In this document: positions 1 through 9,968 of the stretch, piece by piece | How positions within the stretch are numbered: position 1 is the first letter of the stretch | Layout of the letters: each line of letters opens with the position of its first letter | Virus record (IMG/VR): IMGVR_UViG_3300030387_000070 | Source: a virus | Strand: one strand, 5' to 3' | DNA: 64,000 nt | The notes under the pieces: generated by a model | What the model was told of the DNA's origin: nothing | Databases searched by the model: none | The model's input: only the letters and a program-made list of their open reading frames with translations | Program-made: the position numbers and the translations under genes

Positions 1-1
1 G

Positions 2-283
2 ATTGAGTATGCAGAAGAATTAGCCGAGTGCTTTAATGAAAATTTTGATTGTAATGTACCTGAAAACGATGCGTGGAGTAACTGTATCGAAGAAGTATTT
101 AGCTCTCTTGGTAGAGTAGAAAAAATTAAACAAAAGTTGGAACGTAATGGATATTGGGTTGATGAACTTGAAAGCTCTGATGGTGATATTCGTATTTGTT
201 GTAATTGGAGTAGCCTTCCGATGTATTTTAATTCGTGGAAGGAAGTTAAAGAATGGATTGATGAGGTGGAAGGAATTGACTGA
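2..283 (+). CDS. hypothetical protein, 5' truncated at window edge
   Basis: Open frame runs from the window start to TGA at 281-283; acidic, phage-like composition. Confidence 0.4.
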   Translation: MEYAEELAECFNENFDCNVPENDAWSNCIEEVFSSLGRVEKIKQKLERNGYWVDELESSDGDIRICCNWSSLPMYFNSWKEVKEWIDEVEGID

Positions 284-509
284 TCCTTGCCGTTACTGTG
301 TGGCACCAGAGCGTTATCCTGGTTGCCACGACCATTGTGAAAAACTGAAAGCTCATCGTGAAAGTGACGAGTATAAGAAGCTGTGCGAATACAAAGAAAA
401 GTATTTCAGAAATAATATACCGAAGAATACAGTAGCTATCTATCATGATATGCGCCGCAAGAAGCACAAAGGTTTACATATGATGGGCTATAAAGGAATG
501 GGTGTTTGA
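261..509 (+). CDS. Cys/His-rich small protein
   Basis: Track ORF 147..509; start moved to in-frame ATG 261 because the 5' part overlaps the preceding CDS; CxxC and HxxC pairs present. Confidence 0.3.
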   Translation: MRWKELTDPCRYCVAPERYPGCHDHCEKLKAHRESDEYKKLCEYKEKYFRNNIPKNTVAIYHDMRRKKHKGLHMMGYKGMGV

Positions 510-723
510 TATGGACGAGAATATTTTCAATAACATAATGGATTTTTTCGATGAATGGGAAGATACGTTAAATCATCGTATCGACACTACCATTGAAATG
601 ACAAGTGGGAAACCCGAATTAAACAACCATAAAGAAAGAGTTATTAATAAAATTACGGCGCAGAAAAAATTTCTCTGGGAACTAGAAGAATCTTTCTATG
701 ATAGATTTCAAAAAAGCAAATGA
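502..723 (+). CDS. hypothetical protein
   Basis: ORF in a tightly packed same-strand array. Confidence 0.35.
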   Translation: MFDMDENIFNNIMDFFDEWEDTLNHRIDTTIEMTSGKPELNNHKERVINKITAQKKFLWELEESFYDRFQKSK

Positions 724-732
724 GGTGATAAA

Positions 733-954
733 ATGTGGGATTTAATTAAAGATGAATATTCCCCAAAATATGGAATCGGGTGTGCGACCTTTTTCCGTGA
801 CAAACAATTAAAAACAGCGATGGTTATGTATAAATATGACGGTCGTAGTGTTATGTTTTGCTATTCCGAGTACGATAATAAGATTCTATTTGACGGTGAT
901 AAAGACGAAATTGAGATGACTATCAAAAAGAAACTCAACTTTTGGAAGGATTAA
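733..954 (+). CDS. MWDL-start paralog family protein 1
   Basis: RBS GAGGTG upstream; N-terminus MWDLIKDEYSPKYGIG resembles the two following ORFs. Confidence 0.4.
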   Translation: MWDLIKDEYSPKYGIGCATFFRDKQLKTAMVMYKYDGRSVMFCYSEYDNKILFDGDKDEIEMTIKKKLNFWKD

Positions 955-956
955 CT

Positions 957-1193
957 ATGTGGGATTTAATGGGTAACAATTATTCAGAAGTATACGGTAT
1001 TGGATATGCTTTACTGAATGGAATTTCAGCTGGGTTTTATGTAAGTGTCATGTACAAGAATCTTGGAAATGAAATTTACTTCTATTATCTTGATGATGCT
1101 CCTTACGGAGAGCTCGATGATAATACCAAAAATAAAATTGAGGATATTATCTATGATGACCTTAATAAGCGTCATATTTTTGGGGAGGACTGA
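957..1193 (+). CDS. MWDL-start paralog family protein 2
   Basis: RBS GGAAGGA 6 nt before ATG 957; begins MWDLMGNNYSEVYGIGYA. Confidence 0.4.
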   Translation: MWDLMGNNYSEVYGIGYALLNGISAGFYVSVMYKNLGNEIYFYYLDDAPYGELDDNTKNKIEDIIYDDLNKRHIFGED

Positions 1194-1195
1194 TT

Positions 1196-1444
1196 ATGTG
1201 GGATTTAAGAGAAGTTCATGCACTGCACGATGGTGATGGTTGGGTTTGGAATGAATCTTTTCATCACAAGAATGTGTTCGTATGTGAGAATGAAGATCCG
1301 AAAGAAATCTTTTGGCAAGAATGTCAGATGTTCTTCCTTCAGGATTATCTGAATAAATGTGAAGTCGTGGATGATGGCGATATCCTAGAACTTCAGCTGA
1401 AAGATTCCGGTGAACCAGTTCTCGCTATGATTGTGGCAGGGTAA
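1196..1444 (+). CDS. MWDL-start paralog family protein 3
   Basis: RBS GGGGAGG upstream; begins MWDLREVHALHDGDGW. Confidence 0.4.
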   Translation: MWDLREVHALHDGDGWVWNESFHHKNVFVCENEDPKEIFWQECQMFFLQDYLNKCEVVDDGDILELQLKDSGEPVLAMIVAG

Positions 1445-1717
1445 ATGAGAATAGAGATGTTGCTTTTTAATGACGTTCTGGATGACTGCGTAGTAATTAT
1501 CAAAGATGATAATGGCAATAATAGAGTTGTTTCTGGTAGCGCTGATTCGATACTTTATGACTGGTGGCACGAATGCAATTATGTGGCAAGTAATGATTCT
1601 TTGGTTGTTTACGCAGCTTGTTTTGGAGTAGAAGTGAAATGCAAAACGTTCGGAGAATATATGGAAATGATTGATAAGATTGCCGGAAACTGCGATGGAA
1701 TTGAAAGGAAAGAATGA
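1445..1717 (+). CDS. hypothetical protein
   Basis: ORF in array. Confidence 0.35.
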   Translation: MRIEMLLFNDVLDDCVVIIKDDNGNNRVVSGSADSILYDWWHECNYVASNDSLVVYAACFGVEVKCKTFGEYMEMIDKIAGNCDGIERKE

Positions 1718-1720
1718 GTT

Positions 1721-1891
1721 ATGCAACGATATGAAATTGTATTTTACCGCAATGATATTCTTGACGAGTTAATTCCATTTAAGAAAATGAATAAGGAATT
1801 TAATTCATATCAGGAAGCAAGAGTGTGGGCACAGAATGAGTTGTACGACTTGCCTACGGCAGTCGCAATGAATGTGTTTATGGACATTTGA
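1721..1891 (+). CDS. hypothetical small protein (56 aa)
   Basis: RBS GAAAGGAAAG upstream; fills the gap between flanking ORFs. Confidence 0.3.
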   Translation: MQRYEIVFYRNDILDELIPFKKMNKEFNSYQEARVWAQNELYDLPTAVAMNVFMDI

Positions 1892-1900
1892 GGTGAGAAT

Positions 1901-2155
1901 ATGGACGCCTTACATACGATTATGAATGAGCTTAAAAGTGGAAAGATGTTTGGTAAGACCGAGCATGGTACAGTGAGTGATTACTTTCGGTGGAATGTAA
2001 TCAAGAGCGGTACATTTATCAGGTATCGCAACTTTGGACAAAGTTCAGTTGGTTGTAATCTTAAAGATCTTGCATGGGTTATTGAAGTGATTTTTAGGAC
2101 TACGCCAGAGAAGTTTCTTGAAAAGTATGAATGTATTGATTCTTGGGAGGTGTAA
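1901..2155 (+). CDS. hypothetical protein
   Basis: RBS GAGGTGAG upstream. Confidence 0.35.
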   Translation: MDALHTIMNELKSGKMFGKTEHGTVSDYFRWNVIKSGTFIRYRNFGQSSVGCNLKDLAWVIEVIFRTTPEKFLEKYECIDSWEV

Positions 2156-2251
2156 ATATGTTTAACATTGATGGTCGTAATTTCAAAGTTAAAATCTGGT
2201 CTGATTGGTACGCTTTTGAAGAAAAGGAAAGCGCATAAGAAGTGAATAGAT

Positions 2252-2437
2252 ATGAGCGACACTGAAAAGATTATCAATGCGTTAAAAGATGAATATTCTT
2301 ATTGGCAGAATATCGCTTATGAAGCACAAAAAGAAGGCGATGAAGAGGGAATGACATGGTATTATGGCAAAGCAACAGGAATAAAAAAATCTATCGAAAC
2401 AATCAAAAAAATGAAGGATTACGGAATCATTTTATAA
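2252..2437 (+). CDS. hypothetical protein
   Basis: ORF in array. Confidence 0.35.
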   Translation: MSDTEKIINALKDEYSYWQNIAYEAQKEGDEEGMTWYYGKATGIKKSIETIKKMKDYGIIL

Positions 2438-2450
2438 AAGGGATATTGAT

Positions 2451-2639
2451 ATGAATTTACTTACATTTCTTTCTTTGGTCACTGATGGCACAAGCATAGC
2501 TCTTTGGGATGACTACAAGGAGCAAAAAATCAAAGATTATTGTAAACGTGACCAGATTTCAATTTCTGAAGCCAGTCGGTACGAAGTGTCGTTCTTTACG
2601 GCAGAATGCGAAGGTATGATTACAATTTTTGTGCATTAA
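2451..2639 (+). CDS. hypothetical protein
   Basis: ORF in array. Confidence 0.3.
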   Translation: MNLLTFLSLVTDGTSIALWDDYKEQKIKDYCKRDQISISEASRYEVSFFTAECEGMITIFVH

Positions 2640-2668
2640 AAAGATTGATAAAAGGGAGATTTTAGATA

Positions 2669-3534
2669 TGAAAAACCTGTATTGCTATGATAATGAAATC
2701 ATAAAATGGACTTTACGCGACAATCTATATTGTTTGCATATTCAGCACGATGATATTGCGGACAATAATCCTCGTTGGTGGGACGAACATGATTCTGTAA
2801 TGGCCTGTTTTCATTCTCGGTATCGTCTTGGTGATAAGATTGATGCGAGTACGGCAGAAGAGTTTTGGAACAATCTTGTTTACGAGTATTGCTCTGATGA
2901 AGAAATTCTGGATGCACTTTTTAACATGAAGTTGGAAGATACCTGTGTCGTTGTTGATGAGAATTACAGTGACGAAAAACGATATACTATTTGTGGTATC
3001 GGAACTCTTTTTGATAAAAAGGTCTCTAATAATCCAATGTATGTTGGATTAAAGTATAACGAAATTGCTACATATGTTGCTGGTGAATTTTCTATTCGAG
3101 ATTGTCAGATTCTTCTTGATAAGCATATTGCATGGCTTCCTCTTTGGCTGCACGATCACTCTGGTTTATCTATGGATTGTGATACACGGTTCAGAGGTTC
3201 GTTGGATGACAGTAATGTTGGTTGGATTGTGATCGCTATTACGGATGGTTCGGATAATACCAAAAACGAAGCAGAACGAATCATGCGTAACGAGGTAAAG
3301 ACTTACAGCGATTATCTTTCTGGTGAAAACTATGGCTATACGCTTTATAAAGAAGAGCATGGAGAGTGGAAAGAAATTGACAGAGCATTCGGATTTATCG
3401 GTTCCGATGTATTTGAAAACGGTATCACATACAGCGTTGGCTGTGGCCTTGAAACAGCATTAAAGGAAGATCGGTGCCGTATCGGTGATGCAGAGAAGGT
3501 TGTGACCGTCACTTATAACTTTGATAAATGTTGA
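2669..3534 (+). CDS. hypothetical protein (288 aa)
   Basis: RBS AAAGGGAG before ATG 2669, which is internal to track ORF 2629; function not recognised. Confidence 0.5.
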
Positions 3535-3742
3535 GTCCTAAAAGGGGTTGAATAGATATGGCATATAAATACACCGAAGAAGAAGTTTGGGATGCGATTC
3601 ATACACTTTCTGATATGAGAGCTGGATTTAACTGCTTTGACGAAAATGATGTACAGAAGTATGAAGCGTGTTCAATGGGGATTGTTGCATTAAGAACGCT
3701 TGTGGACGCCGATAAAAGTTGAATTTTAGGAGGAAAATAAAG

Positions 3743-4237
3743 ATGGATAACAACATGATGGAACGTCAGATTGCTAATTATATGGTAGAGTATGGTACTA
3801 AGAATACAAATTATGGCACATGGGTGTTTGAGGTTGATGAACTGGCGAAAAAGTTCAATATTACAGAGAAATGGATTCAGGAACATGAAGACGGTATTAT
3901 GTCTGAGCTGTATCTCAGAGAAGAAGTGGCTGACGTTGAACGTGAATTAAGCGGCAATGATATGACTATCACACTTTTTGATGTGAATTTCTACACCGAC
4001 TATTGCCCTAACTACATTGAAGACAAACAGGAAAAGGATGATGACGTAAATCAGTATTGGTTTGCAGAAACACGTTGGTGTACCGATGATATTATTGGTA
4101 TTGCAAAAGACAATGGAATTAAAATGACTCCGCAGCAAGCAGAACAGTGGTGGAAGAAGAATGAAAATTGGTTCAAGAATATCATTGTAGAATATGGTAA
4201 TGAAGTGCTGGAAGATGCAGATTTTAGTGAGGTGTAA
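3743..4237 (+). CDS. hypothetical acidic Trp-rich protein
   Basis: RBS AGGAGG before ATG 3743. Confidence 0.45.
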   Translation: MDNNMMERQIANYMVEYGTKNTNYGTWVFEVDELAKKFNITEKWIQEHEDGIMSELYLREEVADVERELSGNDMTITLFDVNFYTDYCPNYIEDKQEKDDDVNQYWFAETRWCTDDIIGIAKDNGIKMTPQQAEQWWKKNENWFKNIIVEYGNEVLEDADFSEV

Positions 4238-4240
4238 GTT

Positions 4241-4477
4241 ATGTGGTGTGTTGTAGAGTGCAATTGTGACGGCGGAACTATTTTTAGCCCGGATTTTTTT
4301 GATACAAAGGAAGACGCAATTAAATTTATCGAAAATAATGCGAATGAATGCTACGAAAGTGAGTGTGATTTACCGGAAGCAAACATCTATATTGGAAATG
4401 ATGGACTTTCTGCCACAGTAAGCACTGATGAGTACAGTTGGGTATGGCAAGCATTTGATATTTCAAACAAGATTTAA
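4241..4477 (+). CDS. hypothetical protein
   Basis: ORF in array. Confidence 0.35.
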   Translation: MWCVVECNCDGGTIFSPDFFDTKEDAIKFIENNANECYESECDLPEANIYIGNDGLSATVSTDEYSWVWQAFDISNKI

Positions 4478-4492
4478 AAGGAGAGTTTTATT

Positions 4493-4651
4493 ATGAAGTA
4501 TCAGGTAACTGTAGCTCGTACTGGCTATGTTGAAATTGAAGCCGATAATGAACAAGAAGCGATGGATATTGTTGCAAACGATATGAACTCAAAAGATATT
4601 GAATGGACGTGTGATTTTACAGTAACGGATTGTGAAGAGAGTGAGGAATAA
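4493..4651 (+). CDS. hypothetical small protein (52 aa)
   Basis: RBS AAAGGAGAG upstream; not in the ORF track because it is under 60 aa. Confidence 0.3.
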   Translation: MKYQVTVARTGYVEIEADNEQEAMDIVANDMNSKDIEWTCDFTVTDCEESEE

Positions 4652-4654
4652 ATT

Positions 4655-5137
4655 ATGGCTATCGTAAATGGATTTGATACTCAGAAACTGCGGTATATCC
4701 TCTTTGGTGATAAAGGCTATGAGATATACAAGGAAAACGATTTTTACTACCTAAGTAATGGATATGGTTATAAGTATGATGAGAAAGATGGTTGGTCTGA
4801 TTCTGATATTACAATGCTCCACAAATATTTTGAATATGTAAATCCTAGTTGTTGTTCATATTGGGAAAAATTTCATGATATAAAAGAGTTTAGACGAATC
4901 TACTATCAAGAAAACCGAGATGGTTGTTTGTACACTTATCCGTGTATTGTTTGCGAGATGGACAATAGAAATAAGGCTTTACTAAATGAGAAGTATACAA
5001 ACATTCTAGCAAAAGCGAAAAAGTGGGGTTGGTTTGCAGAGTGTAAGGATAGTTTAAGCTGCGTTCACTTTATGAATAAACAGAACACTCTTGAAGCATG
5101 GATTTGTCCGATTCGTTACAAAGAAGGTGCTATCTAA
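4655..5137 (+). CDS. hypothetical Cys-rich protein
   Basis: RBS GAGGAA upstream. Confidence 0.4.
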   Translation: MAIVNGFDTQKLRYILFGDKGYEIYKENDFYYLSNGYGYKYDEKDGWSDSDITMLHKYFEYVNPSCCSYWEKFHDIKEFRRIYYQENRDGCLYTYPCIVCEMDNRNKALLNEKYTNILAKAKKWGWFAECKDSLSCVHFMNKQNTLEAWICPIRYKEGAI

Positions 5138-5331
5138 TGTTCTATCATCTTGAATACTCTGTCAGACACTTTATGTACGGCGATACATATAGAGGGCATG
5201 AAGTCTATCCCACAAAAGAGCTGCGCGATGCAGAACTTGACTGGATGAAAACGTGTTACAGCAAGCCGACAGAGCTTGTCTATACAACATATGAAACCGA
5301 AACACTTAATGAAGATAAGATAATAATATAA
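5137..5331 (+). CDS. hypothetical protein
   Basis: ATG 5137 overlaps the upstream stop (ATGA coupling). Confidence 0.35.
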   Translation: MFYHLEYSVRHFMYGDTYRGHEVYPTKELRDAELDWMKTCYSKPTELVYTTYETETLNEDKIII

Positions 5332-5344
5332 AGGAGAAAGATAT

Positions 5345-5605
5345 ATGTACAATGTTGATGAACATGATTTCAAAGTCAAAATTCATGATGGCTGGCTGAT
5401 TGCTACGGAATCGGCAGATAAAGAAAGCTTTCCGGGGATGGGAATTTTTTACTCTAAAGACGGGGAAACATTTTCATGGGACGATTTGATTACAATTGTT
5501 GAACAGGACGCAGAAAATGATAAGATTCAAACCGACCTGTATAAGAAAGGCTGCGAAGATTGTTGTTATGTTTTTAATTACGAAGATGGAGAATTGAGGA
5601 AGTGA
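5345..5605 (+). CDS. hypothetical protein
   Basis: RBS AAAGGAGAAAG upstream. Confidence 0.35.
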   Translation: MYNVDEHDFKVKIHDGWLIATESADKESFPGMGIFYSKDGETFSWDDLITIVEQDAENDKIQTDLYKKGCEDCCYVFNYEDGELRK

Positions 5606-5613
5606 GTGTTGTG

Positions 5614-5823
5614 ATGAAAAGCTGCTTCAATAGAAATTTCTTTAAATTTAAAACAAAGTCTGGGTACATTATTATTTTGACTTCAACGGATAAAAATGGG
5701 CACATGACTGCATTTGTATTTAGCTCAGTCGATGGAAAAACTTTTCATCCGTGGGATTTGATTAAGGTTTTTGATAACGAGGACGAGCGTATGGCAGATT
5801 TCAATTATGACGACATGAGGTGA
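5614..5823 (+). CDS. hypothetical protein
   Basis: ATG 5614 after GAGGAAGTGAG. Confidence 0.3.
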   Translation: MKSCFNRNFFKFKTKSGYIIILTSTDKNGHMTAFVFSSVDGKTFHPWDLIKVFDNEDERMADFNYDDMR

Positions 5824-5828
5824 GAGTT

Positions 5829-6125
5829 ATGACTAGTCGTGAGATTGCAGAAGATTTCATCAATACAATGAACCCGTCAAGGTGGGCTGGTGTTGGTCAA
5901 AAGCCTGAAAATTTTGACACTAGAATTGTTACATACACTATTGATGGTTTTCCTGAATATGAGCTTGATATTTCTTATGACGAAGACGATGAACTTGGTT
6001 ATATAGCAATGCTTGAACTGAGATGGTCAGATGATGAGGAGTTGATCTACGTCTTTGATGTCCATGAAATCAATTCTGAGGATGAAATTGAATCTTCAAT
6101 CAATTATCTTATTGATGATCTTTAA
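5829..6125 (+). CDS. hypothetical acidic protein
   Basis: RBS GAGGTGAG before ATG 5829. Confidence 0.35.
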   Translation: MTSREIAEDFINTMNPSRWAGVGQKPENFDTRIVTYTIDGFPEYELDISYDEDDELGYIAMLELRWSDDEELIYVFDVHEINSEDEIESSINYLIDDL

Positions 6126-6150
6126 TAGAATAATATAAAGGAGAATGAAT

Positions 6151-6324
6151 ATGACAAAATTTGAGAAACAGACGGTTATTAACGCATTGCATTTTTATAG
6201 CGAATATTGTTGCAACCACAGTGAAAAATCTGCGAATATGATAGCACAGAAATGTACGGCTGAAGGTTTGCTTTATACATTTCAATCTATTCTGGATGAA
6301 AATGCAGGAAGTGTAAAAATCTAA
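6151..6324 (+). CDS. hypothetical small protein (57 aa)
   Basis: RBS AAAGGAGAATG upstream. Confidence 0.3.
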   Translation: MTKFEKQTVINALHFYSEYCCNHSEKSANMIAQKCTAEGLLYTFQSILDENAGSVKI

Positions 6325-6344
6325 ATAGAATCGAGGTTTTAAAA

Positions 6345-6566
6345 ATGATTACAGTTGTTTATGACGATACGATGTGTAATGGTCCTTACCGTGTAGAGCA
6401 CAAAACAATGGAAGATGCGGTAGAGTCTGTTAATAATGATTTTGAGAGCTTGATGAAAGAATTGCGAGATGAAGGTTATGAACCTGAATGGATTCGTGAC
6501 GGTCATCATATGCTTGAGGTTTATGTTCCGAATACGTCTATTAACGCATGGTGGGATTTTGAGTAA
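6345..6566 (+). CDS. hypothetical protein
   Basis: ORF in array. Confidence 0.35.
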   Translation: MITVVYDDTMCNGPYRVEHKTMEDAVESVNNDFESLMKELRDEGYEPEWIRDGHHMLEVYVPNTSINAWWDFE

Positions 6567-6577
6567 GGAGAATTGAA

Positions 6578-6784
6578 ATGGACATTAACGAAATCAAAAT
6601 GTTTGAACAGAAGATGGTTGATAGCGCGTTTATTGACGCTGTTGATTATGATCCGAAGGTGGCTGCACGAGCTGTGGGAGCACGTAAGATGAAAATGAAG
6701 GGTGTGTGCTCCTTTAACGAATACATTGGTTATTTGCAGACGATTACCGGCAACGCAAAGTTGTTCTGGAAGTATCAGTTTTGA
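6578..6784 (+). CDS. hypothetical protein
   Basis: RBS AAGGAGAA upstream. Confidence 0.35.
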   Translation: MDINEIKMFEQKMVDSAFIDAVDYDPKVAARAVGARKMKMKGVCSFNEYIGYLQTITGNAKLFWKYQF

Positions 6785-6793
6785 GGTGATGAT

Positions 6794-7054
6794 ATGGTTT
6801 TGAAGCTTGAATTTACCGATGGTCACGAGCCATGGATATCATTTCCAATGAATAGAGAAGAGGCTTTAAACCTGTGGAATAAGCTGAGTAAGATGCCAAC
6901 GGTACGACCGGAGTTCAGGTTTGGCAAATTGAAGTGTCGCTGTGATTGTCTTGGCAACTGGTATGTTGCTCAGTGGTTTGATGGAATGCACAAGAGTAAG
7001 GAGTTCAGATATCTTGCCAACGCTTTGAAATACATGGAAAAAGAAACGGTTTAA
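6794..7054 (+). CDS. hypothetical protein
   Basis: RBS GAGGTGATG upstream. Confidence 0.35.
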   Translation: MVLKLEFTDGHEPWISFPMNREEALNLWNKLSKMPTVRPEFRFGKLKCRCDCLGNWYVAQWFDGMHKSKEFRYLANALKYMEKETV

Positions 7055-7076
7055 CGAATAGATTGTGAGGGTAAAA

Positions 7077-7337
7077 ATGTTTGTACTTATCAATACTTAT
7101 ATTGCAAAAGGTGAGAATTCATTTCTCCCAGAAGTTGTTTATAAAAAGGGTTTTAATACGATTCTTGAGGCGGAAAATGAAATGAACAAACAAGTGGACG
7201 ATATTCTTGTAAATCATTATTGTAAATATTATAAAGATGAAAGCGGTGAACAGAATTTTAGTGTTTTGCGATTAAAAGGTGATATTCGTATTGATGCTTG
7301 TGACGTATACGATTGGTGGAAAATCGTAGAGATTTGA
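7077..7337 (+). CDS. hypothetical protein
   Basis: RBS TGAGGG 5 nt before ATG 7077. Confidence 0.35.
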   Translation: MFVLINTYIAKGENSFLPEVVYKKGFNTILEAENEMNKQVDDILVNHYCKYYKDESGEQNFSVLRLKGDIRIDACDVYDWWKIVEI

Positions 7338-7365
7338 TAAAACAGTTCTTCTAGGAGGGAATAAT

Positions 7366-7557
7366 ATGATTGATAATAAGACTATGCTTTGCGCAATTGC
7401 AGGCAAACATAATATGGAAGTTCTTGAAGGGGCACTTGATACAGTCAATGAATTTTTGGATTCTGGTGCTGTTATTTATGTGAAAGTAAAAGGAAAAGAT
7501 GGTTTTGTAAAACTCGAAAAAATTGAAACCAGAGTGATGATTATGCCGTTTATTTAA
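7366..7557 (+). CDS. hypothetical protein
   Basis: RBS AGGAGGG upstream. Confidence 0.35.
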   Translation: MIDNKTMLCAIAGKHNMEVLEGALDTVNEFLDSGAVIYVKVKGKDGFVKLEKIETRVMIMPFI

Positions 7558-7579
7558 AAACATAAAGGAGTAAAACAAA

Positions 7580-8896
7580 ATGACTACTAACAATTCTATG
7601 ACCGTAATAACCTCTAAGCCCTTCGGCGCACTGAATGTGGATGTGTACCAGAATGATAAACATCAGTATTATATGACCCGTGAACAGATTGGGCGAGCAC
7701 TGGAATGTAAAGAACCTCGGAAGTACATTGCGAAGATTCATGAGCGTAATGCAGACCGTCTTGACCCGTTGAGCTCGGTCGTCAATTTGACGACTGAGGT
7801 CGGAAATTATACGCAAGAACGTCAAATATATATGTACAGTTTGCGTGGCGTAATGGAAATCTGCCGCCTTTCTCGTCAGCCGAAAGCAGATGCGTTTATG
7901 GATTTCTGCTGGGACATTATGGAATCTTTGATGCGTGGTGATTCCGTTCTTGCTACTCCTCAGATGGATGCTGCACTGAGTAAGGAGTTCATTGATGTAA
8001 GACTTCACGCTCTGTTTGATAGTGTGAAGAATCTTCAGAGTGAGCTTGATTCTACCCGGAAAAATCTTAGTGACCAGATCGAGGAGGCTCGTGCCACCAG
8101 TAATGAGGCACTGAATGTGATTAGCAGCGTATCTCAGTGTGTCCATCAGATTAAGGACAAGCAGATGGATGATGCGATTCGTTCTACCAGAAACTTCACT
8201 CCTCGTAAGGATGTGATGAGCGACTGGCGTAAGAAGATGTATGAACGTATCAATGTGATTGCCGCAATCAATGAAATGAAGGTTCAGGATGTATTTCGTG
8301 ATATTTACGAATATATGAATCGTGTCTATACCTTCGTTATTGAGGAAGAACGCAGAAAGTATTGTGCAAGAACCGGTCGCACTGGTCACATTCCTACGAT
8401 TGATATTGTTGAAGCAAGTACGATGTATAAGTCCATCTTTGGTGCTTTGGTTGAAGATTCGTATACTGAAGCAATCAATAAGAAGAAGGAAGAGACCGCT
8501 GAGCAGAAAGCTCTGCTTGAAGCTAAGGCTGTTGATGCAGCTCCTGAAGTAGATGTCTGTGTTGCTCCTGTGATTGAGGTAGAAGCTAAGGAAGTTGAGC
8601 CTGAACCGATTGTGGAGGAAAAGCCCAAGAAGCAGAGCGAAACGGCAAAAATTCTTTTCCCGATTCTGTTACCTTTGGCAGAAAAGCTTAATGATAAGCC
8701 TCAGTACAAGCACACTTATACTCTGATTTACGAGCGTATTGGCTATAAGAAAATGAATAATTTTTTTGTGGCTTACGAAAAGGCACATGGTAAGGCACCT
8801 CATCCGAAGACTAAGGTGTTTATCGAAAATGAAAAGAATCTCGCGCTGTTTAAGAAGACTGTGAAGCAGTTGATGAAAGAACAGGAGGATAAGTAA
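7580..8896 (+). CDS. phage antirepressor-like protein (Bro-N/ORF6N-like N-terminal domain)
   Basis: RBS AAAGGAG upstream; the N-terminal 120 aa (FGALNVDVYQNDKHQYYMTREQIGRALE...) resemble Bro-N/ORF6N antirepressor domains, with a Lys/Glu-rich C-terminus. Confidence 0.5.
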   Translation: MTTNNSMTVITSKPFGALNVDVYQNDKHQYYMTREQIGRALECKEPRKYIAKIHERNADRLDPLSSVVNLTTEVGNYTQERQIYMYSLRGVMEICRLSRQPKADAFMDFCWDIMESLMRGDSVLATPQMDAALSKEFIDVRLHALFDSVKNLQSELDSTRKNLSDQIEEARATSNEALNVISSVSQCVHQIKDKQMDDAIRSTRNFTPRKDVMSDWRKKMYERINVIAAINEMKVQDVFRDIYEYMNRVYTFVIEEERRKYCARTGRTGHIPTIDIVEASTMYKSIFGALVEDSYTEAINKKKEETAEQKALLEAKAVDAAPEVDVCVAPVIEVEAKEVEPEPIVEEKPKKQSETAKILFPILLPLAEKLNDKPQYKHTYTLIYERIGYKKMNNFFVAYEKAHGKAPHPKTKVFIENEKNLALFKKTVKQLMKEQEDK

Positions 8897-8956
8897 ATGT
8901 ATGTAATATCGAATGGTCACAACTATTGGAAGATTAATGAATTCGAGGTGTGAGTT

Positions 8957-9139
8957 ATGCTCAAATATGGAAATATAACGTGTAAACGTTGTGGTATTAC
9001 ATGGTATGGACCAAAATGCGGAAAGCTTTACTGTGAAGAGTGTCGTAAGGTTGTAAACAACGAGAAGAGTCTCAAATGGTACAGAAGTAATAGAGAGCTT
9101 GTTGCAAGGAATCGTGCAGAGAGAAAGGCAATGAGGTGA
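8957..9139 (+). CDS. zinc-ribbon small protein
   Basis: Contains CxxC...CxxC (CKRCG...CEEC). Confidence 0.35.
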   Translation: MLKYGNITCKRCGITWYGPKCGKLYCEECRKVVNNEKSLKWYRSNRELVARNRAERKAMR

Positions 9140-9144
9140 ATGTG

Positions 9145-9963
9145 ATGAGTGCAGTTGTTGAAAGAAAAGAAGAACAGATATCTAAATTGATCTATTTTAA
9201 TCCGAAGCCTTCTGTTCCGGCTAAAAAACGTGGTGTTACAAAAAGTAAGCAGAAGCGCAAGCGTAATATTTCTCCAATTAGAAGCTTGGATGATGTTCAA
9301 ATGATTTCGGAATACTTCTGGGATAAAAAGCAATATCGCAATTGGTGTCTATTTAATGTAGGTATTGCAACTGGTTTGCGTGCTAGTGATTTGCTCAAAT
9401 TGAAGGTTTCCGATATGTCTTATTGCCTTTATAATGGAAAGATTGAAGTGGTTGAAGACGCTGGAGTTTGCATCGTTGAAGAAAAAACATCTAAATATCG
9501 TGAAATCATTCTTACTCCAGAAGCGAGAGATATCGTTGAAACATACATTAAGATTGCGAATCTTGGATATGACGATTGGATGTTTCCGTCTCGGCAGGGG
9601 AGTTGGAAAAAGTCATTGAGGACAAATGGTGGAGATGGGAAAACTGGTATTCCTCATATTGCAGAACCCAAAAAGGCCGGTGATCCTATTGATGTTGATT
9701 CTTTTGCTCGTATCCTTCGTAATGCTGGCAGAGATTTGGGTCTTAATTACAAGATTGCATCTCATTCTTGCCGTAAGACATTTGGTTATCGTGAGATGTG
9801 TCTTAATAAGGATGACAACCAGGCATTGTCTTGGATTCAGGGTCAGTTGAATCATAGTAGTCAGGACATTACATTACGGTACGTTGGTTTTGATGAGGAT
9901 AAGGCAAAAGAATATTATAAGAAGACTTTTTATGGTGTGAATACACACAGCTTGGAAGACTGA
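9145..9963 (+). CDS. tyrosine site-specific recombinase (phage integrase family catalytic domain)
   Basis: Catalytic residues recognised by eye: Arg box GLRASDLLKLKV, HSCRKTFG (His-x-x-Arg) and LNHSSQDITLRYV (His plus the nucleophilic Tyr). Start is uncertain between GTG 9136, GTG 9142 and ATG 9145. Confidence 0.65.
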   Translation: MSAVVERKEEQISKLIYFNPKPSVPAKKRGVTKSKQKRKRNISPIRSLDDVQMISEYFWDKKQYRNWCLFNVGIATGLRASDLLKLKVSDMSYCLYNGKIEVVEDAGVCIVEEKTSKYREIILTPEARDIVETYIKIANLGYDDWMFPSRQGSWKKSLRTNGGDGKTGIPHIAEPKKAGDPIDVDSFARILRNAGRDLGLNYKIASHSCRKTFGYREMCLNKDDNQALSWIQGQLNHSSQDITLRYVGFDEDKAKEYYKKTFYGVNTHSLED

Positions 9964-9968
9964 GGTGT

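Noticed and set aside
147-260. 5' part of track ORF 147-509
   Set aside because: Overlaps the better-supported upstream partial CDS (2-283) in another frame; start moved to ATG 261.
7550-8389. 279-aa minus-strand ORF
   Set aside because: Antisense to the antirepressor gene, which has an RBS and domain similarity; no RBS; runs against the all-plus-strand architecture.
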